In this document: positions 56,336 to 64,000 of the stretch, piece after piece
How the letters are laid out: each line of letters opens with the position of its first letter
Numbering within the stretch: the first letter of the stretch is position 1
Assembly: GCA_002787155.1 (NCBI GenBank)
Contig: PCVY01000064.1
Location: 10,475-74,474 of the forward strand
Length of the DNA: 64,000 bases
Direction of reading: 5' to 3'
Origin: Candidatus Abzuiibacterium crystallinum
GTDB taxonomy: Bacteria > Omnitrophota > Omnitrophia > Omnitrophales > Abzuiibacteriaceae
Program-made: the position numbers and the translations under genes
The notes under the pieces: model-generated
The model's database searches: none
What the model saw: only the letters and a program-made list of their open reading frames with translations
What the model was told of the DNA's origin: nothing

Positions 56336-58479
56336 GAGTCTTACAGATTTTACCGGAGTTAAATGTCGGCGGTGTTGAAAGAGGTGTCATTGATCTTGCC
56401 CGCGCTATGAAAGCAAGAGGGGAAGAGATCCAAGTCATCTCAAACGGCGGGAAATTGGTTCAAGATTTGGTGAAATTAGGGGTGCCGCATTATGCATTGC
56501 CTGTTCATGAAAAATCTCCGCGTGTCTTAAGGCTTGTCAAAGAGGTGGCGAGCATCATCGAACGCGAACGGATCGATGTCATTCATGCCAGAAGCCGCGT
56601 GCCGGCTTGGGTGGCTTATTTGGCTGCTCGACGAACCAATTGCGATTTCATCACCACTTGCCATGGCTATTATTCAAAACACTTTTTTAGCAAAGTGATG
56701 GGCTGGGGCAAACGTGTGATTGTGATTTCGCACAGTGTCGGCCGGCGCATGATCGACGATTTTCACGTTCCACCCGAACGTGTCCGGTTAATCCACCGCG
56801 GTATCGATTTATCACAATATATATTTGATCCGGACAAATATAACAAACCGGCGGGTGGTAAGTTTATCATTGCCAATGTGGGCCGTATTACGCCGATTAA
56901 GGGACAAAAAGAATTTATTCAAGGGATCCAATTGTTAAGCAAACAGATCCCCAACATCGAAGCGTGGATTATTGGCGGTCACGATAAAGACAAACAAGAA
57001 TATTGGGATGAACTTCATTTGTTGGTGAATCAACTCGGATTAACCAAACATGTGAAATTTTTAGGCAGTCGAAGTGATGTGCCTAAACTCTTAAAACAAG
57101 CCGACTTGTTGGTGCTGGCGACTAAAATCCCGGAAGCGTTCGGACGCGTGATTGCAGAGGCCGGCGCTGTTGGAACGGCGGTGGTAGCTTCAAGAATAGG
57201 CGGTATTCTTGATGTTATTGACGAAGGAAAGAATGGTTTGCTTTTTAACCCGTTAAACCCGGAAGAGATGGTAAAGGCCATGTCGCATCTTCTGCGGCAC
57301 CGGGCACAATGTTTCGAGTTTGCACATCGATTGCGTCAGAAGGTAGTGAAGGAGTTCAGCCTTGACCAAATGGTGGATAAAACATTGGATGTGTATCGTG
57401 AAACCAGAGGTGAAAAGAAAATTCTTATCACCAAATTAGGTGCGGTAGGCGATTTAACGCTGGCGATCCCCAGTTTTCGCATGATTCGAAAAAGATATCC
57501 GAACGCCTTTATCGGTCTGGTGGTTGATCCGAAACTGGTTCCGTTGGTGGAGCGATGCCCTTATTTAAGTGAAGTCTACACATTTGACCGGTCTAAGCCG
57601 GTACGCCGTTGGCGGCGGCTTTTGCGGTTGGCGCGGCGGTTACGCAGCGAACATTTTGATATTTCCATTGATTTGCAAAATAACTCAAAAACGCACTGGT
57701 TAACTTTTCTTTCCAGAATCCCTAAACGCATTGGATATGCCCGTGGATTGACCGGATTTCTATTGACTCACCCGGTTGCAGAGCCCAAACAGGTTTTGCC
57801 GCCTATTCGGCATCAATTTGAATTATTAAAACGCATTGGGATAGCACAATTTGATGAAACACTTGAAATGTGGATTGATCCTCAAGCAAAGGAAGAAGTT
57901 CAAGATTACTTAAACGAGGCGGCTATTGATTGGCAGAAACCAATAGTCGGATTTGCGCCCGGTTCCAGTCCTCGGTGGTTAACGAAACGGTGGCCCATCA
58001 AAAATTTTGTTGCTTTGGCCAAACGTTTGCATGAGTCCTGCCAGGCGCAAATTATTTTACTGGGTGGAGCCAACGAAAAAGACTTAGCTATGCCGTTCAG
58101 GGACATTGATCCGCCCATCAAAGTTCTAGATCTCATTGGCAAAACCAATTTTGCTCAATTGTTAGCTTACATAGATACTTTAGACGTTCTGGTGTCAGGT
58201 GACAGTGCCCCGATGCATTTTGCTGCCTCGCTTCAAACCAAGCTCGTTGCTTTGTTCGGTCCGACGGAACCAAAAAAACACCTCCCTCCGGGTTCGGATC
58301 ATATGGTCTTTGTCAAACGTCTTCCATGTCAACCTTGTTATCGGGGTGCTTGTCATTATCAGAAAAAACTAGCTTGTTTGACTGAGATCGATGCGGAAGA
58401 AGTGTGCCAGGCAGTTAAAAAACAATTAAAATTGGTTCAAAAGATTTCAAAAGAAAAATCAAACATTATCAACGAATAA
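56332..58479 (+). CDS. bifunctional glycosyltransferase: N-terminal GT4 (RfaG-like) + C-terminal GT9 (heptosyltransferase-family) domain
   Basis: GT4 motifs are present (E..GRVIAEAGAVGTAVVASRIGG...NGLLF). The GT9 module starts at about nt 57410 (KILITKLGAVGDLTLAIPSF). Confidence 0.75.
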   Translation: MRVLQILPELNVGGVERGVIDLARAMKARGEEIQVISNGGKLVQDLVKLGVPHYALPVHEKSPRVLRLVKEVASIIERERIDVIHARSRVPAWVAYLAARRTNCDFITTCHGYYSKHFFSKVMGWGKRVIVISHSVGRRMIDDFHVPPERVRLIHRGIDLSQYIFDPDKYNKPAGGKFIIANVGRITPIKGQKEFIQGIQLLSKQIPNIEAWIIGGHDKDKQEYWDELHLLVNQLGLTKHVKFLGSRSDVPKLLKQADLLVLATKIPEAFGRVIAEAGAVGTAVVASRIGGILDVIDEGKNGLLFNPLNPEEMVKAMSHLLRHRAQCFEFAHRLRQKVVKEFSLDQMVDKTLDVYRETRGEKKILITKLGAVGDLTLAIPSFRMIRKRYPNAFIGLVVDPKLVPLVERCPYLSEVYTFDRSKPVRRWRRLLRLARRLRSEHFDISIDLQNNSKTHWLTFLSRIPKRIGYARGLTGFLLTHPVAEPKQVLPPIRHQFELLKRIGIAQFDETLEMWIDPQAKEEVQDYLNEAAIDWQKPIVGFAPGSSPRWLTKRWPIKNFVALAKRLHESCQAQIILLGGANEKDLAMPFRDIDPPIKVLDLIGKTNFAQLLAYIDTLDVLVSGDSAPMHFAASLQTKLVALFGPTEPKKHLPPGSDHMVFVKRLPCQPCYRGACHYQKKLACLTEIDAEEVCQAVKKQLKLVQKISKEKSNIINE

Positions 58480-58501
58480 AATCTACCCTGATAGATTAAG
58501 A

Positions 58502-59518
58502 ATGGTCATTGCTTGCGTTTTAAAAAATTGGTTGGGTGATGTGGTGTTTTCGACACCGGCTATCCGGGCGCTCCGGTATCATTTTCCTTTGGCCACCATT
58601 GTTTGCTTAGCGCCCAAACGGTGCGTTCCGATTTTGGAAGCGAATCCGTATGTGGATCAGGTCATGGTATTTGACGAGCGTCATGAACACCGGGGCTGGC
58701 TCGCCAAACTGAAACTGATTTCTGATTTAAAACGCCTTAAAATTGATCGCGCTTATTTATTTCACCGGTCTTTTACCCGCGCGCTTCTTTTAACGCTTGG
58801 CGGTGCAAAGAACCGTATTGGTTATTTGCACAAATGGCGGCAATTTTTACTAACACAAGCTTATCAAGAGCCCGAGGGTGTTCATCATGCAGTGGATGTT
58901 TCGCTCGAGTTGCTTCGTCAAAGCGGGTTGGCGGTAACGGGTGATGCTTTATATGAGTTTTATTTCAATAAAAATGATTTAGAAGAAGTCAAATCCTTGC
59001 TGAAAAGAACATCATTTAAAGCGGGCAGATTGGTTGCGGTCAATCCAGGCGCCAATTGGCCGCCCAAACGATGGCCGGTTGAACATTTTGCCGAACTGGT
59101 TCAAGAACTGACAACTCGATTTCAAGTCAATGTGATTATCACAGGCGGGGAAGCAGACCAGCCGCTTGCGGATATCATTTTACGTGCAAATGATCCAGAG
59201 CGCGTGGTATCCATATGCGGGCAGAGCAGTTTACGCCAGCTTGGGGCTTTGTTTTCGCTTTGTTCCCTTGTCATTTCATCAGACAGCGGACCGCTTCACA
59301 TTGCGGGAGGTGTCGGTACCAACGTGATTGGGATTTTTGGACCGACGGATCCTGTGCGGACGGGGCCGCGTGGCCGCGGAAAAAATATTATCATACATTA
59401 TGTTCCCGAAGGCCAAACAGTACCTTGGTATGGGGAAAATTTTCCGGGCAAGGGGTGGATGGACCGAATTTCGGCGGCAGAGGTGATGGCAGCCATTGAG
59501 AAAGAGAAGTTGCTATGA
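58502..59518 (+). CDS. GT9 family glycosyltransferase (ADP-heptose:LPS heptosyltransferase-like)
   Basis: It has an LGDVVFSTPAIRAL N-terminal motif and a GT9 C-terminal nucleotide-sugar pocket (SSDSGPLHIAGGVGTNVIGIFGPTDP). Confidence 0.8.
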   Translation: MVIACVLKNWLGDVVFSTPAIRALRYHFPLATIVCLAPKRCVPILEANPYVDQVMVFDERHEHRGWLAKLKLISDLKRLKIDRAYLFHRSFTRALLLTLGGAKNRIGYLHKWRQFLLTQAYQEPEGVHHAVDVSLELLRQSGLAVTGDALYEFYFNKNDLEEVKSLLKRTSFKAGRLVAVNPGANWPPKRWPVEHFAELVQELTTRFQVNVIITGGEADQPLADIILRANDPERVVSICGQSSLRQLGALFSLCSLVISSDSGPLHIAGGVGTNVIGIFGPTDPVRTGPRGRGKNIIIHYVPEGQTVPWYGENFPGKGWMDRISAAEVMAAIEKEKLL

Positions 59519-60453
59519 AAATTTTACCGGATGCTATCAACCGTATTTTAGTGATTTCACTCACAAATTTAGGCGATGTCATTCTCACCACACCTGTCAT
59601 GGCACAATTGCATGCGGCTTATCCCCATGCTGCCATCACGGTCTTGATTGGTCCGAAAGGCCGCGAATTAATTGCAGGGAGCGGGACTGTCCGCGAAGTC
59701 ATTGTCTATGATAAAAAAGCAAACTGGCAAGATAAAATAACGCTCATCCGACAACTCAGGCAAAAACATTTTGATCTTGTGATTGATTTACGCAATACCT
59801 TAATCCCGTTTCTCATCCAAGCAAAACGATTTAATTTTCCGGTTTTTGGCAGGCAGCCTGTTGCTATGCGAGCACGGCATTTGAGCCGTTTGGATTTCTT
59901 GGAGTTACCTCAGACAAAAGAAACCTTTGAATTTTTCAATGAACAAGACGCTGAAACGTGCTGGCGTAAAATGAAGGGATTGAATGTTGATCGTCACTAT
60001 GGGGTGGTGGTGTTAGCGCCGGGGGCAGGTAGTTTTGAGAAGCGGTGGCCGGCAGCTTCCTTTGGAAAAGTAGGCCGTTACTTTACCGCACAACAAAAGC
60101 AAGTTGTCGTTGTCGGCAGCCTTGCTGAAAAAGAATTAGGAAAGCAAATTCAGGAGTTTGATCCGTTTCAGATTGCTAATGCTTGCGGTGCGTTGACGCT
60201 TCGGGAATTGGCCGCTTTCTTAAAAGAAGCTGATTGCGTGGTGTCTAATGACAGCGCCATTATGCATTTGGCCAACGAGCAAAACGTTTCTACCGTCGCA
60301 TTATTTGGGCCTACCAATCCAAATCAATACGCAGCTTATAAATCTGGTAACCGCGTGATCCAAGCCGAAAGCAATCTTCGAGAGATATCCGGTATTTCGC
60401 CTGAAAGGGTCATCAAAGCGTGTGAGGATATTTTGAATGCCAATGTCCATTGA
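59515..60453 (+). CDS. GT9 family glycosyltransferase (heptosyltransferase-like)
   Basis: It has ILVISLTNLGDVILTTP...SNDSAIMHLANEQNVSTVALFGPTNP. It overlaps the upstream gene by 4 nt. Confidence 0.8.
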   Translation: MKILPDAINRILVISLTNLGDVILTTPVMAQLHAAYPHAAITVLIGPKGRELIAGSGTVREVIVYDKKANWQDKITLIRQLRQKHFDLVIDLRNTLIPFLIQAKRFNFPVFGRQPVAMRARHLSRLDFLELPQTKETFEFFNEQDAETCWRKMKGLNVDRHYGVVVLAPGAGSFEKRWPAASFGKVGRYFTAQQKQVVVVGSLAEKELGKQIQEFDPFQIANACGALTLRELAAFLKEADCVVSNDSAIMHLANEQNVSTVALFGPTNPNQYAAYKSGNRVIQAESNLREISGISPERVIKACEDILNANVH

Positions 60454-61501
60454 TCCGCACCATTTGAAAAAGCTCCTGGTAGTTCGTGCTGATCGAATGG
60501 GTGATGTGGTGATCACAACGCCCGTTTTTCCTGCCATCAAACATCAATTTCCCAAAATTCATTTGGCTGTTTTGGTTGACAGGGCATACGGTGCTTTCAT
60601 TGAAGGCAATCCGTATGTGGATGAATTGCTGGTTTACGACAAGCAAGGAACCGAGAAAAGTTTGTGGGGAGCTTACACCTTTATTCGACGTTTGGAAGCA
60701 AAAAAATTTGATGCCGCCATTCTTTTTCATCCCCGCAACCGTATGTATTGGACTGCCTTTTTAGCTCATATTCCCATCCGCGTCGGCTATCGCGCCAAGA
60801 ATTTTGCCCTTTTAACCCATTCAATTCCGTACAATAAGCCGGCAGGGGAAAAGCATGAAGCAGAATATAATTTTGAGTTACTCCGCCTGCTTGGTATTCA
60901 GGAGCCAAGGGTGAAGGAGCCTTTTATTCCATTTTGCGATGTTTATCGGGATAAACTGGACGTTTTGCTGGACACCCGCATGAAATATGTTGTGTTTAAT
61001 CCGAGCGCAAGCACACCATCAAAAATTTGGCCGGCAGCTTATTTTGCTCAAGTTGCCGATTACATCTACGAGAAACATCAAGCAACGCCTGTCATGATCG
61101 GAAGCAAATCTGATTTACCTTTTAGCCAAGCGATGTCTCAAAAAATGAAGTCGCGGGCAATTGATTTGACCGGCAAGTTAGATGTTGGTTCTTTGGCTTG
61201 GCTTTTCAGGCGTGCTCGGCTTTTTGTGTCAAATGATACGGGGCCGGTTCATGTGGCAGCTGCTGTGAACACGCCGGTTGTTTCGATATTTTTGAGGAAT
61301 TTACCGGGCTTAGGGCCAACCCGCTGGCGGCCGCTTGGATTTAACGGTCATTATTTACTGGAAGATCTTGTGAAGACAGCGGCATTTGCCAATCACGGCA
61401 AAATTGAAGAATCTATGTTAAAGTCTTTGACACCCGGTGCGGTGATCCGATTGATCGAAGAAAAGAAGTGGCTGGAATCCTATGGCGCTAAAACTGAATA
61501 G
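60437..61501 (+). CDS. GT9 family glycosyltransferase (heptosyltransferase-like)
   Basis: It has LLVVRADRMGDVVITTP...SNDTGPVHVAAAVNTPVVSIF. Confidence 0.8.
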   Translation: MPMSIDPHHLKKLLVVRADRMGDVVITTPVFPAIKHQFPKIHLAVLVDRAYGAFIEGNPYVDELLVYDKQGTEKSLWGAYTFIRRLEAKKFDAAILFHPRNRMYWTAFLAHIPIRVGYRAKNFALLTHSIPYNKPAGEKHEAEYNFELLRLLGIQEPRVKEPFIPFCDVYRDKLDVLLDTRMKYVVFNPSASTPSKIWPAAYFAQVADYIYEKHQATPVMIGSKSDLPFSQAMSQKMKSRAIDLTGKLDVGSLAWLFRRARLFVSNDTGPVHVAAAVNTPVVSIFLRNLPGLGPTRWRPLGFNGHYLLEDLVKTAAFANHGKIEESMLKSLTPGAVIRLIEEKKWLESYGAKTE

Positions 61502-62606
61502 CATCTTAATGGTACACCCGTTTGGAATTGGGGACGTACTTTTTATGACGCCGCTCATTCATGCGCTTAAAACTCAAGGAGTCAATCACATTGATCTGGT
61601 GTTAGGCAGCCGAACACAAACTATTTTTGAAAATCATCCGGGCATTCGTGAAATTCATGTGATTGATCGTGACCGTTTGGCGTCTCAATCATGGTTAAAA
61701 AACTTTAAAGAAATCACATCTTTATTAGGGCGGTTACGCCGTCATCGGTATGATGCGTTCATTGATCTTTCTCTGGGGCGGCAATATTCGTTTTTGACCT
61801 GGCTCTGTTTAAATATCCCCGTTCGGATCGGGTTCGATTATAAAAATCGGGGGATTTTTCTGAATCGCAAACTTAAATTGCAAGGCGGCTTTAGAGAAAA
61901 ATCTGTTGTTGAATATTATAGTGATTTACTCAAACTGATTGACATCAACCTGGCTGAAAAAGAGCTCGAATTTTATGTGCAGCCTCAGGACGAAAAAGAA
62001 GCAGAGTTATTCCTTAAGCAAATGCAGCTTGATGTTTCATCGCGCTTATTAGCGGTTGCACCGGGCGGGGGAGAGTCCTGGGGCAAAGATGCCAGGCTCA
62101 AACAATGGCCTCTTTCACACTTTCATGCGTTAATTAAGCAATTGCAGACCAAAAAGTATTTGAATGGCATCGATCGCGTTCTGATTTTAGGCAGCAAGAA
62201 TGATAAAGCGCTTGGAGAAGCGCTCAGGGCTTGCGATCCTTCTTTTTATGTAAACGGTTGCGCTCAAACCTCGTTGCGCGTTACCGCTGCCATTTTAAAA
62301 AAGGTAACGTGCTTGATTGCCAACGACGGCGGATTGGTTCATTTGGCGTGCGCTGTCAAAACGCCCGTGATGGCTATTTTTGGTCCGGTTGACCCCCGCG
62401 TGTATGGGCCTTATCCAATCCTGCCGACGCGCATTGCTTTGGTGAATGAAAATGGTCCTGAGTGCAGACCTTGTTATCAAAATATGCGTTACAATAGCGC
62501 CTGTATGCATATCGAATGTTTAAATGGATTGTCGGCGATACAAGTCATTCAACAAGCCGAAGAAAAAGGATTTTTTCAAGCTTTTCGACAAAAGGTGCAT
62601 TCCTAA
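61482..62606 (+). CDS. GT9 family glycosyltransferase (heptosyltransferase-like)
   Basis: It has ILMVHPFGIGDVLFMTP...ANDGGLVHLACAVKTPVMAIFGPVDP. Confidence 0.8.
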   Translation: MALKLNSILMVHPFGIGDVLFMTPLIHALKTQGVNHIDLVLGSRTQTIFENHPGIREIHVIDRDRLASQSWLKNFKEITSLLGRLRRHRYDAFIDLSLGRQYSFLTWLCLNIPVRIGFDYKNRGIFLNRKLKLQGGFREKSVVEYYSDLLKLIDINLAEKELEFYVQPQDEKEAELFLKQMQLDVSSRLLAVAPGGGESWGKDARLKQWPLSHFHALIKQLQTKKYLNGIDRVLILGSKNDKALGEALRACDPSFYVNGCAQTSLRVTAAILKKVTCLIANDGGLVHLACAVKTPVMAIFGPVDPRVYGPYPILPTRIALVNENGPECRPCYQNMRYNSACMHIECLNGLSAIQVIQQAEEKGFFQAFRQKVHS

Positions 62607-63442
62607 TGTTAGCCAAGCCTTATTTGTCAACGTTCTTAAGAATCTATTTAATTATCAGTTGGGTTGTGATGAGTGCGGGTTGCAGTCAATGGGACCGGAG
62701 CCATCTGTCAAACGCATCTATCCCTAAACTGGAAAAACCTCATTTTAAAATTCCTGTGGGTGAACGAATGGTTTTTAGCATTCGATGGCTGGGCATGGAA
62801 GTGGGGACCGCAGCAGTTAAAGTGGAAGAAATTGTCAAAATGAATGAGCGGGACGCTTACCATGTGTCTGTCCATGTACGGTCTAACAAATTCATTGATC
62901 TTTTTTATCCTGTCCGTGACGAGCATCATAGTTATATTGATGTCGAACATCTTTATTCCTTGCGGTATGAGCGCAAAATGAAGCAGCGTGATTATCGTGC
63001 CGATGAGTTGATCACATTTGATCAGGTTAATCACAAAGGTTTGTATGAGTCAAAAAGAAGCGGTGATACCAAAGAAATGATCATTCCCGAGAATGTTCAA
63101 GATCCGGTTTCCTGTACTTACTGGTTTCGCATGCAGCCGCTTGAGCCCGGAACAGTGATTCATATTCCGGTGAATGTGGATGAGAAAAACTGGACGTTGG
63201 AAGTACACGTTGAAGATTTTGAACAAGTGGTTGTTGACGGATTTGGTCAAATGGTTGCCATCCGAACGGAACCCATTTTTAAATTTCAAGGACTTTTCAT
63301 GAGCCGTGGTCGTGTGTGGGGTTGGATGGGAACGGATGAGCGCCGGACACCCCTTGTGATGAAAACCAAAATTAAAATTCTAGGTGCGATCAATGTTGTG
63401 ATCAAAGAATATGAAGCAGGTGATTATCATGTCGAAGCCTAG
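62606..63442 (+). CDS. hypothetical lipoprotein (possibly DUF3108-like)
   Basis: The ATG at 62606 is just past the upstream gene. The lipobox is LAKPYLSTFLRIYLIISWVVMSAGCSQ. The track start at 62516 would overlap the upstream gene by 90 nt. Confidence 0.5.
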   Translation: MLAKPYLSTFLRIYLIISWVVMSAGCSQWDRSHLSNASIPKLEKPHFKIPVGERMVFSIRWLGMEVGTAAVKVEEIVKMNERDAYHVSVHVRSNKFIDLFYPVRDEHHSYIDVEHLYSLRYERKMKQRDYRADELITFDQVNHKGLYESKRSGDTKEMIIPENVQDPVSCTYWFRMQPLEPGTVIHIPVNVDEKNWTLEVHVEDFEQVVVDGFGQMVAIRTEPIFKFQGLFMSRGRVWGWMGTDERRTPLVMKTKIKILGAINVVIKEYEAGDYHVEA

Positions 63443-64000
63443 CCGGCGGCGCTTTCGATTGCGATGGGGATGGTTAATCCTTTTGGTTTTACTGCTGATA
63501 GGGATTTCATTCCATTTTGCAGCCCGCTCAGAAATACCGGTACTGATGTATCATTTTGTGAGTCCCGTCGGTCAGCTCAAAGACAATCAATTAGTTATTT
63601 CCGATGAGACGCTTGATCGTCAGCTTCGTTGGCTTAAAAAATGGGGCTATCGTGTTTACTCGCTGGATGAATATGCAGATTGGCGTCTAAAAGGCATGCC
63701 GTCTCACGAGAAAGGTGTGGTTTTAACTTTTGATGACGGCAATCAGGATTTCTACGACACGATTTTTCCCATCTTACAGGTGCATCAAGTACCGGCTGCT
63801 AGTTTTCTGGTTTGGGATAATCTGGCTAACGGTAAAATGGGCAGCATGAGCATTAACCAAGCGCGCGAATTGTTAACAAGTTCTTTGGTGACTTTGGGAG
63901 TCCACACGATTCATCATAAGAACATGGTCCGTCTTTCTCAATCTGAATTAGAGGAAGAAACCACGGAAGCAAAACGGTTGCTGGAAAATGCGCTGCCAGT
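63429..64000 (+). CDS. polysaccharide deacetylase (NodB homology domain), 3'-partial
   Basis: It has a signal/TM anchor and the NodB motif 1 TFDDG (VVLTFDDGNQDFYDTIFPIL). The frame is open to the window end. It is absent from the ORF track because no stop lies in the window. Confidence 0.7.
   Translation, partial: MSKPSRRRFRLRWGWLILLVLLLIGISFHFAARSEIPVLMYHFVSPVGQLKDNQLVISDETLDRQLRWLKKWGYRVYSLDEYADWRLKGMPSHEKGVVLTFDDGNQDFYDTIFPILQVHQVPAASFLVWDNLANGKMGSMSINQARELLTSSLVTLGVHTIHHKNMVRLSQSELEEETTEAKRLLENALP

Overview
This is a 64-kb bacterial chromosomal window (diderm, roughly 42-45% GC). No rRNA, tRNA, CRISPR or IS/transposase genes were seen. It is almost completely co-directional: about 60 genes lie on the + strand and only one clear gene (a lipoate-protein ligase family protein) lies on the - strand. 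Many genes overlap by 4 nt (ATGA), which suggests translational coupling. Content, in order: (1) two adjacent giant ORFs. The first is a 5'-truncated protein of at least 1594 aa whose N-terminal part is an isocitrate lyase domain (KKCGH signature) followed by a ~930-aa extension of unknown function. The second is a 2863-aa protein whose segments resemble EamA/DMT permease modules, isocitrate dehydrogenase kinase/phosphatase (AceK), methylenetetrahydrofolate reductase (MetF), a Rossmann methyltransferase-like region and a C-terminal HMG-CoA-lyase-like DRE-TIM metallolyase. The 470-bp gap between them holds three copies of a 25-bp perfect palindromic REP-like element, and a fourth variant copy lies at 14.7 kb. 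(2) A DsbA-like oxidoreductase, then the ribBA-ribH-nusB-ribD-ribE operon with a strong sigma70 promoter and no FMN riboswitch. (3) A small secreted protein preceded by a long perfect inverted repeat. (4) cobO, then a cobalamin riboswitch upstream of a TonB-dependent receptor and a minimal TonB. (5) A DUF4870-like membrane protein, a protein with an L7/L12-CTD-like domain and a long coiled coil, and a BFN nuclease. (6) aceE-aceF-lpdA, with a 17-bp perfect inverted repeat between aceE and aceF, then trxB. (7) A DUF547 protein, a CN-hydrolase and two alpha/beta-hydrolase paralogs directly upstream of ilvB-ilvN-ilvC-leuA. (8) aroE-(prepilin peptidase)-aroC-aroK-aroB, dprA, an RDD protein, a ThiS-like protein, topA and xerC. 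(9) An LPS inner-core/lipid A cluster: waaA, lpxK, an LpxL-type acyltransferase fused to an ELM1-like domain, a GT4-GT9 fusion plus four further tandem GT9 (heptosyltransferase-family) genes, a lipoprotein and a 3'-truncated NodB-type deacetylase. The most unusual feature is the pair of giant glyoxylate-shunt-related fusion proteins, which share a recurrent [RK]SELR motif. All coordinates were derived by eye and may be off by a few nt. Domain calls are from motif recognition, not from database searches.
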